Part shown: in pieces, positions 1 through 11,709 of the stretch
Position numbering within the stretch: position 1 is the stretch's first letter
Layout: each line of letters begins with the position of its first letter
From: Sphagnum compactum
Taxonomy: Eukaryota
NCBI GenBank assembly: GCA_965153455.1
Contig: OZ234493.1
Span: 14,932,213 to 14,996,212, forward strand
Direction: 5' to 3'
Length of the DNA: 64,000 nt
Translations under genes and position numbers: made by a program
The notes under the pieces: model-generated
The model's input: the letters and a program-made list of their open reading frames with translations, nothing else
Told to the model about the DNA's origin: nothing
Databases searched by the model: none

Positions 1-1261
1 AAGATGAAATAATTAAGGCCCTTATAATAAGGAAAGTTGAACAAACCAAGGAACAATGCAACTAGGCTTTGCATGTATTGTAGTGCAAAGGTTTTTGACA
101 CATGTTTTGTGACAAGAAAACTACAAAAACAAATACTACTTGTATGTATGTTTATAGAACACATCTTTTGTTCATAATTATTACTATATAATTTGGAAAC
201 TAACATAATAAGACTAACAATATCTAAGTTGCCAAATTGCAAACCTTTTGTATGGGCCTAGATCACAAGTAATGTTCAAATTTGAATTGATGTACAATGT
301 AGTAACATTTGTGTAGTAGAATGTGATTCACAATATCAAAAAATGACAGTACTATTGAAAGGACCAAAACTTCATGAATGATGGCATAAAATGTTAAAAC
401 AAAAGTCAATTATGGAGTGTTGCTATGTAAGTTGAAAACTAAGTTCACACAAAGTGTAGCAAGTGAACCCAAAAAATTGAAGGTTGAGAAGACATACCAA
501 CCAATTGAAGCACAACAAAAGTTATTGGATGTTTGTGGATTTAAGGATGTGAAGACTCCACCAACCTTCAAATCTGTGCCAGAAGTGAATGAATTTATGA
601 CAAAGTATGCTAATAAAAAAACAACTTTCCTGCAAAAACACAGTGCACTTCCTTGCCCAGGTCAATGTAAAGTTCTTCATCAATTGTTGCTTGAATATAT
701 GATGTAAGAAATTGATTTAATGAAGTTTCCTAAACAATGCAACATGTCAAATTTTATGCAAGAAACATGAAAGTCATGTCAGAGGTTTTCGGATTAAAGT
801 ATGTGGATATTGAAGACAACCTCACCAATTGGAAGGCAAAAAAAAATGTTGAAAGAAGTGGTCGTAGGAAACCTTGCAACATTTGAAATGTACAAGTTTT
901 CTTTGGACTTTAAGATTTTGGACACGAGCATGTGGTTAGATTTATCATTTGAACAAGCTTCCAACATGATAAAACACATGGCCAACAACAATAAACAGAA
1001 TGAAAAATCCTCAATTACGAACCTGATAAACGTAGCAACTGCATCACGAACAAAAAATGAAAAGAAATAAATGGGCTTATTAGTGTGTATACAATCAATT
1101 GCAAGCAAGTTTTAAGTTCTTGATTGTTTTGTTTGTTCCTTCTCTACACCACTATTGTATGGCTAAACTGCTACAGTCTTGATGCAAATGATGTTCAATG
1201 TCTTGGTTATTGTGTGGATGCACCAATGTAATGTTGATACATATGATATCAATAAATATTA

Positions 1262-1572
1262 ATATGTAATTTGCAATGTTATGTATGCAAGGACACAAGT
1301 CGAATGTATGTTGGACAATCAATTGATGCAAAAAAAAGACTTGAACAACATGCACATTACCTCGAAAGAAAATGAAACATGATGCTTCCAAATTCAAACC
1401 ATTCCAAATGCACTTTAGTCTTCATATTGAATATACCACTACCAAGAAGAATGTAGCTGATAGAAAAGAAAAATAGCTTATAAAAAAATTTAAGACGAAT
1501 ATTAAATTAAGATATAATGTACTTAAAGGACGCCCTTCATGTGATCCAATTTATTGGAAGCAACGAAGATAA
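1262..1572 (+). pseudogene. Degraded GIY-YIG endonuclease ORF remnant
   Basis: Manual translation gives YVCKDTSRMYVGQSIDAKKRLEQHAH (to ~1357), a frameshift, then KKMKHDASKFKPFQMHFSLHIEYTTTKKNVADRKEK*LIKKFKTNIKLRYNVLKGRP (stop at 1570-1572). The YVG(Q/S), R-x3-H, E (DRKE) and (G/R)YN hallmarks of GIY-YIG nucleases occur in the right order and spacing. One frameshift and one in-frame TAG (1474-1476). The first GIY motif is not cleanly readable. Confidence 0.7.
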
Positions 1573-2014
1573 CATATCATATTGTACAATTATATCTTTT
1601 TATTTATAATCATAATAAAGGATAGAATAAAAAATTTCTTCCACGTTATGAAAAAGAATGAGAAAAGATGCACATTACATACCAGTTTTAAAATAGTCAT
1701 GGCTATGTTCACAAAACTGAATGAAGTTTATGCCACCATACACAAACTTGTTAAAGCGTAGCTTGTTGAGATTGTCTTGAAGAACCATAGGCACGCTTTT
1801 GTTGAACCCGATTGCCACCCCTTTGCACTTTTTGAAAAGAATGGCCACACGGATCCAAAAATTGAAAAACCAGACAATGACTTATGTACACACACCAACT
1901 CATCTACTCTTTATCTGCACAAATTAAATACTAGCACCATGTCTCCATATGTAGTCTAACATCCACAAGTAGACATCCTAACATAATTTCCAAAGAACAA
2001 ACAAATATGTGTAC

Positions 2015-2077
2015 CTGATTGAATACAAGGGTTATAGATATAGCTTCTCTCATCAATCCACCCCACCAAATAATAAC
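2015..2077 (-). pseudogene. NHX: Isolated exon of a vacuolar-type Na+/H+ antiporter (NHX family)
   Basis: The 63-bp phase-0 exon translates VIIWWGGLMREAISITLVFNQ, matching the NHX motif VIIWWAGLMRGAVSIALAFNQ. The GT donor is intact and the acceptor is mutated AG->AA. No neighbouring NHX exons were seen. Confidence 0.8.
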
Positions 2078-2457
2078 TTGCAAAAGTGAACTAATGTCAT
2101 CATCATTATACGAGTTTCTTAATATTCTAGAACGATGTTAAAAATTAACCAATCAAATTGATGAATGAATTGAAACATACTCCATCTAGACTAAACATTG
2201 CTCCATATGGCATGAGCTATACCCTCTATATAGCATCAAATTTGCCTCTCCTCTCTCATTTTCTCTTGAGCTAAAACTAGAAGAGCGCCATCAATTTTTT
2301 ATCTACCTATTGAGTGAAGACAAAATGGTACAACTTAAAACATGAGCAATGCCCCTTGTGCAGCCCCAGAGAGTTGAATACTGTGGAGTAGAAAGGCACA
2401 AACTTTATCATGGAAATCATTAGTTTCAAAACATCATGGGTCATCTAGAGCATTTAC

Positions 2458-5152
2458 CTACTTGGCAACAACTAAGGATCGAAATCCTTGCTTTGCAATT
2501 ACATTTGTAATAATCTCTACTTTGTTGATAACCAAATCCAATATCTGCAAATCCAAAAAGTAATTGTTAAGTGATTGTCAGGATCAAATGAGGAAATCCA
2601 AACTCAACAAGGGGTTTTCTCTTTGAAGCTAAGGCTTTTACTAGCTAGACAACATAGCTAACTTGGAAATAACTGGTATATGAAACATTTCACAATTCAC
2701 CAATAGAAATTGCACATCATGTGACCACCTCATCTTAATCTAACAAATCATCACACCTAACCTCCAATTCAGAAAAGATGATGTGGATAGAGTATCATGC
2801 GATAGTCAATTGTATGGAAAGTGTGCACCCAAAACAATAGTACATCAAAACCTGTATAGAAGAAGGCTTTGTTTAGTCAATAGTAGAACTATCTTCTTCT
2901 ATGTAGAGACCATGAAAAGGTTTACCAAAGAAAGTGAGTTTGGATGTTGATGTAAACAATTCGAGCATGGAACTTCAATTAACATAGGAGACATAGTGGC
3001 ACCTACTTAGGAGCACCTTTATTTACACAATACCATTTTCCATTAGAACCATCAATGTAAGTTAGAGCTATCCTCTATTCTAATGGGTTGAATGGCAGGA
3101 AATGAATCTTTGTTATGTTTGCACGTGCTTGCAAATCATTAAACATACATGAACTTTAATAATACATTTCAATACAGAGACAACTAAAGGTGACCCAGTT
3201 CCCTTTCATTAACTGTTGTTGTACTGAGAAAGGTCAACCTCTTACCTCTTTGGGATCAGCCATGATCCCAACAATGGTTGTATCAATAGCATCCTGATTT
3301 TCAAGCTTGGATGTTGTAGCTCCTAACAAGCACACCAAATCCTTGTCAACACCCCAAGCCATTACATGCAATCCATTGCCACAATTGAGCTCAGAAAACA
3401 TAAGCAAACACTGGAAACACTCCAGAGGATTCACAAAATATTTACTTCTAAAAATGTGGGTGAAGAAAATAGCTTGCCTCAGTATTGTATTTAACTTGAA
3501 ACGTGAACTTACAAGAAAATACCTTTCCACTTCATATACAGGGAGCAATATTCCACTCTTAGCTTTTGCATACCTCAATAAGGTTTTTGTCAACTATCAA
3601 CTTGTTCAAGGTAAATGTTCTTGTCTTGTCACTACAAAGCGCATCCATTCCAACCATCTCCTCAATAGTAGTCATGCATTTTGTAATAGCACCTTGCATT
3701 CAATCAAAGAGTTTCGTGATCACTTAAAAAACACCAACTTTGGAATAAGCAAGGCCTAGATGCCCTTGTCCATATACATGCATCAACCTGATGGAATGAG
3801 AAAAGTAAGTAGGTACTCGTGTGACAAAGTCCAAAGGAATAAAATGAAAAACCTGTTGGGAAAATTGATGGGAACCAATGGCCATGGTGATAGATAGAAC
3901 TGTGGGCATGGCAATATGGATGCCACCAATGAGCAACACTAATAGGATTTTTATCCCCTCATGGTATGGGTGATGTTGGATGGGGTACATGATAAGAATT
4001 TCAACGATGATGCCTATGGCAATTGAAATGATGCAGAAATTACTAATTGTTGTAAGAACCTGCAAAAACCCATAAAATCTTGATCATCATGCTTCACATG
4101 TCCAAGATAGAAGAAACGGAAGCCATATAGAGATGGGGGAGCATGCCAATGCAGATAAAAACAATGATAAGAAGACACACAAACAATGAAAGAACCTTTT
4201 GTAAATGGCCCACATTGTTCGTGTAGTCCACTTTTCCAAGAAAGGTGTGCACACCGATGGCAATGACAACAACTTCAATCTCGCTTTGCTTAAATGTAGA
4301 TCCAAAGAAGACTTCATCTCATGGCTTCTTTGTAGTTGGCATTGATTTTCTAGTCAGTGCAGACTGGTTGACAAAAGACCATGGGCAAGTCATATTATGT
4401 GAGAAAACTTATAATCTTTGTCTTTCCTCTAGAATGTTTATTCGAGAGCTTGCAAGAACTACCATAATCATAACAAAGTTGCATAACATGTTGTACAATC
4501 TATTTGAGATTTCAATGAATTTTTAGCAGGCAATTACCAATTTCACCATCCTAATTTATCAGACTTAATTCAAGAACTCAACTGTACACACAAGCCGAAA
4601 TGTCCCATCCTGAAAAGTTTTAATTCATTATAAAGAATTGTGTAGCACCTGGTCAATTCTGAAAGGATCTCCATCAAGAAGGTGAACATCAGCAGGGATG
4701 ATGTCACCCAATTTTATACTAATGACATCTCTTAGCACCAAAATCACAGCATCCTGCTCAGATCATTTCCCATCACGAAATACATGACAACAAAGAGTAG
4801 AATAAGTTTCACTGCCATGGTGTGGGAGAACATAGCTAGACTTTGATGACACACTGTCACTTTCAAAACATGAAAACCTTCATCAAGTTGAAACAATTCA
4901 TCACATAAGCCAAAGAACTTGTCCACATAGCTTAGGCCCTCGGGAGGATTCTGGACATGCTGCTGGAGAAATGACAACATCATTGGAAGATCAAATTAAT
5001 ATGTGTTGATAGACCTTGGTCTTAGGTGTGAGATGAACCATGAAGGTTGTTGCAACATTGCCAGCATTGTTCTCTTCAAGAAAACTTATAGTAGAGTTCA
5101 CAAGCAACAATACTAACATACCCAGAAAATCTTCCAAATTTGGTGGCATACC
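2458..5152 (-). pseudogene. AHA: Plasma-membrane H+-ATPase (P3A-type) pseudogene fragment, 8 internal exons with introns
   Basis: Exons on the minus strand: 5015-5152 [29 protein letters not shown]; 4649-4783 [33 protein letters not shown]; 4196-4363 [32 protein letters not shown](AAHL deleted)[12 protein letters not shown]; 3853-4059 [40 protein letters not shown]; 3574-3693 [21 protein letters not shown]; 3246-3365 ..ENQDAIDTTIVGIMADPKE; 3003-3128 ..HFLPFNPLE*RIALTYID..KGAPK*; 2458-2544 ILDL..GFRSLVVAK*. Five stops, several dead acceptors, TGES->TRKS and DKTGT->DKTRT. N- and C-terminal exons were not found. Confidence 0.93.
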
Positions 5153-8100
5153 CTACAAGTATATTTCATATGAAAGCATAATCAGACCCAAAACAAAAAG
5201 ACAATTGGGTGAAACAACAATAGCAAGCAAAGCTGGAAGCAACAAAAGGAATATGGTCATAGGAACTCATCAAAAATAACATCCAGTTGTGTATTGTCCA
5301 CTCCTGGGTACTTTTCTAACATTACATTCCCCCTATTCCTACCTGCCTTCTTCTAATACCATATCGCCACTTCTGTGAATTGTACACCTTTTTTGCTCCC
5401 TTCCACCTTCCATCTCCACTCATTCAAAAGGTCTTCAGTCAAAGATTTCAAATGTCAAACCAATTTAAAATATTTCACATCTTTCAAATCTTGTTTCAAT
5501 GTCCTCCAGAAACTGTTACAGCTTCAGTTGTGTGTCATTAAAAGTAAACACAGTTGATGTATTTTTTCCCCTGCTTTCTTTAGACGCACCTATTTCAAGG
5601 CTTAGGCCACTTCATTGTGTCATTAATGAGTCAGGTTAGCATAAACACTATTCAAGGTATTGTGCTAATGAGCCTCCAAAATTGCATCTGACTATCAGTA
5701 AGCATTCACAAAATCTAGTTAGCTGTGATGTTTGTCATAAAACTATGATGATACATTGCACAACAAACCAAAGCAAGAATAATAATTAAAAAACTACTCA
5801 AAAGCTTTAGATGAAGTGAAATGGCCAAAAATGTAAGCATCATGGCAACAGCTAGAGCAATTGTGCTCCTCTTTAATAAAGACATCAACATATCCCAACA
5901 CCTCCTTATAAAATTTCTGTGAAACATAAAAATGTGAGTCCAATATATTACCTTGCAGTGCTCTATTTGCCTATTGTACCTTCCTTGTAGAATGGGACAA
6001 GACAAATGTTAGATACCAATGTATTACCTTTCATAACAGAACAAGGAATTGGCAAATGTAGCAAAGGTGTATTTGCCACAAATGCTGGTGCAGATGGGTA
6101 CCTGACAGATATTAAAATTTGTTCTATTTCTGATCTGGATTCTAGCTCACTTTTGATACTACTGGAACTTTCTGTGGTCACACATGTTGTGCTACCCCCT
6201 GCAAATTGTTGTGGGGATGGAACTGCACCATAAACCTTGGTTGGAGGTGTACCAGAAAGTAAGGCTATCAGAGTGGATGGTTTCCAACAAATTGTCGGCT
6301 AGCTGCTGTGCATCATCTAAATTCTTGAAGTTGTCACTAGTGATAAGAAGGTGTAATGAAAACAAAAGGTTTCTCCAAATAAAGTACGAGTGTCCACAAG
6401 AACCTAGTTACTATCAAGCAAAGAGCCCCAATGCTTACATTTGGCAACTGGATAGTCCACCAGAAGTGTGTTGTAATGTTAAGTATCAATATAGTAAAGT
6501 TTGTCATGCTTTCACATTGCTTCTCCAAGAGAAAACTTGACCTAAGATACTATAAGGCCCTTCATGCGAACACAATTTCGACACTATTGAATTTGTAGAT
6601 GCATTACCTAACTCCTAAGAATGATTATGATACTTACCCCACCATTTTGTATTGTTCCTGCAAAAGGTAAACCCTGCTTCATCATATCTTTTACTAGAGC
6701 TGTTGCTGCATCCACTACCTTGATACGCTTTATGGTGTCCTTCAACTGCAAGGAAAGCTCAGTCAACAAAAAAAATTCAGTTTGAATGCACACTTGCATT
6801 GACAATCTTAGACTCTTCTTGTCTTTTTCCACCATCGCTGCCACCACTGATCTCGGGGGTCTAAGGGCAACTATGAACATTGTTTACGGATTAGGGTTAC
6901 CGTTTGTCTACAGTTTGTGTACAACTCCTCATGTCACCTATTACTCGAAGTCTTAAGATCTCGTTTGAGATCTGGAATAAGGACAGCTAATGGCTTCATG
7001 AACATCTAGTATTGCCAGTGCTCAAAGTCGCCTCCTCAAAAATAATAATTGGTTGTTTTGTTTTTTGGCTGAATTTGACGACATGGACCATCACGCTAAT
7101 ACACTTATAATGGGTTTTTGGTTTTGTTTTGTTTTGTTTTTTTTTGTTTTCTTGTGCATAAAGCATTCACAATGCAATGGGCACATGCAATTGTGCCACC
7201 CAAAAAGGTCATTGTTGTGAAGTTCTTTTTTTATAATAATTTATCTTTGTTATGGGGATTCATGTTTTCAAAGCTTGTGGTGGAAAGAACTAAAGACTAA
7301 AACTCATTTTGACATTGTTGAAGAGATTTGGCATATTATGCTCAAAATGTTGAACACAAAATATTTGCAACATATAGAATGACATTTTCAACTGATAATA
7401 CTTAAATTTTCATTGTGTTCAAAATCATCCAGAAAATAAGAATGAAGAAACCATTCCAAATTTGATGATGGAGGCTTAGGCCTGAAGTACACATATGGTA
7501 TAATGTGTTGGATGAGGTAGTGTTTGACAAAATAGATGAAGGAACACTTACTAGGCCAGTTTGACCAGAGGCCCAAATTACAGGCTGATGTATGGACAGG
7601 AGTTTTCCAGTATTCAGTGGGTGAGTCTTTTACCCTGATAATGCCCATGGGTAAATGACATATCATAACCGGTTGATAGTTTTTTTTTTTCTACCTTCTA
7701 TTGCCATACCCAGGTGGTAAATCTCCAACTTACCCTTGGTTTATACTACTTGATTAAAATATATTTAGATTTTACCCTTACTTGACGGGAGGTTTTTTTG
7801 AGAGTGAAGAGAAATGGGTATATACTATATACCAAAAGCATCAACTAGCATCCTTGGCCCTACACCTTGTTATGGAGTAGTTCAAATTATAAGGTAACTT
7901 ATAGGGTAAATATAAGGTAAATGATAACAAATATTTGCCTTTATTCTATGAATAGGGTAAAAACATGGGTCAATCTGGGGGGTTTTGTTCTTCAAATTGC
8001 TTAAGTAGGTCCAGTGGTGAGAATCCCCAGCATTAATTAGCATCTTATGGCGATTCTCCTCAATGGGCTATAGTCTTTTTCCAAAATTCTGCTTAGTACT

Positions 8101-8417
8101 CGCGACCTCTCCTTGATTGGAGTGTCTCTCAAAATAGGGCAAAAACGATTCCAAAATAATCCTTTGTAGGATTGGCACACCTCTTGTAGGTATTCGGGTT
8201 TAGACTTTAGAGCAAAATTTCACCCAAAAATAAACACTGGTCAGTCTCCTACACACCATATCCAAATTGTTCAGTTTCCGAGGCTTGTATACCCTTATCT
8301 GGTTTGGAAATGTTTTTGAAACTTATATATATACCTTTAGTCAGCTGATATATATTTGAGAACGATTATAAAACTTATACCCAGCTCATATATATACCTA
8401 TTCAAATCCATGTACAC

Positions 8418-8716
8418 TAGTGTTAGGTGGGTACCAGGTTGGAACCTTGGTATATACCAGTGTTGTCCAGGTAAGCACTTGAGATAATATTAGCTTAATA
8501 CGGGGCCCATACCATCTCAATACTAGGTATACATACACTTGCCACATACCAGCTAAAAATTCAGCCTTGGACCCTAGTTAATACCAAGATCAGGTTGGAA
8601 TGAAAGCTTTAAGAAAGATCCAATACCAGTATCACGCTGGTATGAAATTATTAAAAAGATTTCATTACCGGTAGGTCCACCTTGTATGTTAGAAAGTTGA
8701 TACCCGCCCAACACTA
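8418..8716. mobile_element. 299-bp MITE with TAGTGTT...AACACTA terminal inverted repeats (hAT-like termini)
   Basis: Left end tagtgttaggtgggtacca versus reverse complement of the right end tagtgttgggcgggtatca (16/19 matches). The direct repeat GTACAC flanks both sides (8412-8417, 8717-8722). Confidence 0.65.
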
Positions 8717-10078
8717 GTACACATCCAAAACTAAACTAGAGCTTTCCCTTGGGGGGCTGCACTGAACCGAATTTTGTGATGAAGGGTTAGAAGAAATGCT
8801 TTTTTTTCTAAATGTGTCTTCCAACCCTATTAAGCAAACCCAATGACAAAGATGGGATCAAAATGCTGCGTATGTGAATAGCTTGTGGTTTGTACAGTAA
8901 TTGATGACTAGACCTGATCAAGGGAGATGAACAGTCTAGGAGTTGTGCCCAAATTCTATAGAGCATGTGGAACCAACAGTTCAATCCATATAGGCCCAAT
9001 GGCAAAGGAATGCGAGCCCGGAAATTGTTACTAACGAAGGAGATGAAAGAATGACCAATTTATTGGAAAATGGGATGTGGCAAACTTACAATTGCAATTT
9101 GTATCAATACAAGTGAATCCCAGGATTAGCTATGCTTCTGATCATTCTGACAATGTCAATGTTGTAGAAGTGGAATCAATAGGATGAGAAGCCTTAAACT
9201 GGATGAAAATGGATGAAAATTTACATGCCTCTGGTGGGCCAAGAAAGAATCTAGTGCCCAATGACAATTGTGGTGGCCTCCACATGCGGCACATGGCTAT
9301 TTCTCATGAATGCCATGGCTGGGTTGCAGGAGAATTAGGGTTTCACAGATTGGGGGCCTCAACAACATGTGAGCCCCAAAACATGTCAGAAGTTAATAGG
9401 GATTCGCCAAACCCTAAGGGTGTTTTGTGTGAATAAAGCCCCAGGTGAGGGATGATATGAAAATTAAGGGGCCTAGGATGAGGCGGTAATGCAGTCTGGC
9501 CCCACATTGGGGGAATGTACGACTGTACAATGTACCCCCTTGTGGGGCCTTAACCATTGAAAGCAAAAGGTCAACTTTATCATGAAGTTAAACATAATTA
9601 GAGCACAAGGTGTAAGAGAGGGTGGGTTCTTATTATGTTCATAAAGCAGTCAGCTAGATTTTTTTAATGTAAATGGAGAACACCTTGAATCCATGAATAT
9701 ATCCTTCTTGAAAGGAGGAAGCAGCTTACACCTACTTGAGGGGCACAATGTGCCTCCTGTGTTTGCAAAGTAGGTGTTAGCTACCTACATTAAAAAAAAA
9801 GGGTCACCTCCAAGCTCTTCATTTCCTGCCTAGTGCTTCACTCTAGGTAAGGCCTTGCTGTTAGTGCATTATGACCCGAGAGCTTGGGTATTGTGCCTTG
9901 AACCTCGGGCTCCAACCTTGGCTCCAAGGGCATCAGCAGGGCCTTTCCTACACTTACACAGACCCAATCTTACACCTACAAGTACGCATAATTTCCCTCT
10001 CACTTGAGCGTGAGATCTCTCCTCTCTTCTAGCAGAGAGATTTCCATGAGCGAGATTCATGGATACAAGATACCCTTA

Positions 10079-10320
10079 TCTTAAAACAAACCAAAACTTA
10101 TACTTAAACAAACAAACAATATACTTAAAACAAACCAAAATCCTTCAAGCTATTATAACTCTATAATTAATCTCAAGTTTCAACACAAGCCAAAATATCG
10201 TCTTTCAAAAATCCTTATATTAAAATAGACCTATTATTACCTAGGGGCCAAAATCCCTTAAGCTGCTATACTCTATAATGAATCTAAACACAATATCCTT
10301 GCCTTGGTAGGCAACGCCAA
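10079..10320 (+). mobile_element. Non-autonomous Helitron-like element, family B (copy lacking the 3' CTAG)
   Basis: About 165 bp (10153-10320) is a close reverse-complement match to 53815-53981. It starts A|TCTTAA and has the hairpin cttgccttggtaggcaa near the 3' end. Confidence 0.55.
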
Positions 10321-10690
10321 CAAACTCCATCTCTACACAGTGATGCACAAGGTTTCCTTAGTTCCACAGAAAAGAAAAGATCAGAAGATCACCTAATTAC
10401 ACTGAACGTGCATGAGCATGCCAAAAAGTTTCTCTGTGATTTTATACAGATAACCAGGTCTGGAAACACAACTAAAAACCACACACAGAGGCCCCAAACA
10501 ACAACAAGAAAGGGCCAAAACAAGAAGAAGAAAGAAGCAATGAACGGTCCAATGCCACCGAAGAAGCTAATCAGAAACACTAGCACACGCTGAGATGGCA
10601 ACCAGCTCTCTGTCTGCAGGCAACTTGGACTTGGATCTGCTCAAGAGATGAATTTCAAATTGGCTTGAAGTTCATCAGCAGCTATTCCAC

Positions 10691-11334
10691 CTATTCCACC
10701 TTTATGTTATTCCCCTCATCTTGTAATGCATCCCCAGCTTCTGCAATTCCTGCGAAGACATGAATCCAGTAGCTCATGTAGTACCATCAGAAAACGAAGA
10801 GTGGGGGGCATTGATTTCTTCACACAGCTGTGATCATATGCAGGACACCCATGACGCGACCATCATGCACGCAACGTATTTGGTACAATCCCAACTGGCT
10901 GTGGAATTTTCACAATTTCTCAAAGCTAAAATTAATTAATCGATCACACAAGCTTAATATCTCAAGTGTTTAGTCTAGTACTCACCCATGGCTTCTACAA
11001 TCCTTGATGATACACCGCGTGATGACGTATTGGGTTCGACTACGACTGCCTGCAACTGAGCATCATGACCGGGAGAGATGACAATTGGCTCCCGCCCATG
11101 TGCAGCAAACTCTCGACGAAGCTTCCGAAGATATCGGAGGAGTTTTACCAATTCTCTTGCCAGTCGCACTAAGAGCACGAGACTGAGGAAAACCAGGATC
11201 AGAACTTCCGCATGTGGATCATCAACATCGAACTGCGGGCTTGGAATCAGCAGCTGGAGCTCATGGCTGGAGCTGGTCACCGGTGCCATGAGTCGAGCCG
11301 AGGGACGTGATCGCGAGCTGGGTGGAGACTTCAT
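10691..11334 (-). CDS. Putative orphan single-pass membrane protein, 135 aa, join(11334-10986,10749-10691)
   Basis: The GC-richer ORF MKSPPSS.. has the hydrophobic stretch VLILVFLSLVLLV followed by the basic RLARELVKLLRYLRKLRR. A strong donor (G|GTGAGT at 10985) and acceptor (cttcgcag at 10750) join in frame to GIAEAGDALQDEGNNIKVE*. A probable 5'UTR intron lies at 11374-11526. No homolog recognised. Confidence 0.55.
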
Positions 11335-11709
11335 TCTTCAGTTGCCAGCAGATGATCAGTAGCACTGAAGCTCCTGCAACAAACAAATCACTGCTTTTAT
11401 ATTAGAACTGTAGTTACAAACGAAGCCTTGATCAATGAAGAATAAGTTGCAGTGCAAGACGGTACTGAAACACGCAGGAGATGAAGCATTGAAAGGGGAG
11501 GTGATCAAAGATCAGTTGATCAGAACCTGTTTCAACCCAACCCTTTATAAATCCCATGATCCACAGACGTTCATTCAGGTTCATCTCAAGGAAGAGCCGC
11601 CGTGCGGGAAGTAATGTGGGGCGCTTGGAGGAATAAAACAAAATCAAAGAGTTGCGAAGAAGCACATGAATGGGCAAATTGACTCTGCTCTTTCCAATGT
11701 CCCTGTCCG

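Noticed and set aside
3234..4065. Track ORFs 3234-3593 and 3724-4065 as functional genes
   Set aside because: They are single AHA exons read through into introns. The locus has stops, dead splice sites and mutated catalytic motifs.
11078..11362. Plus-strand Arg/Ser-rich 94-aa ORF
   Set aside because: It is the antisense shadow of the minus-strand model, which has the splice signals.
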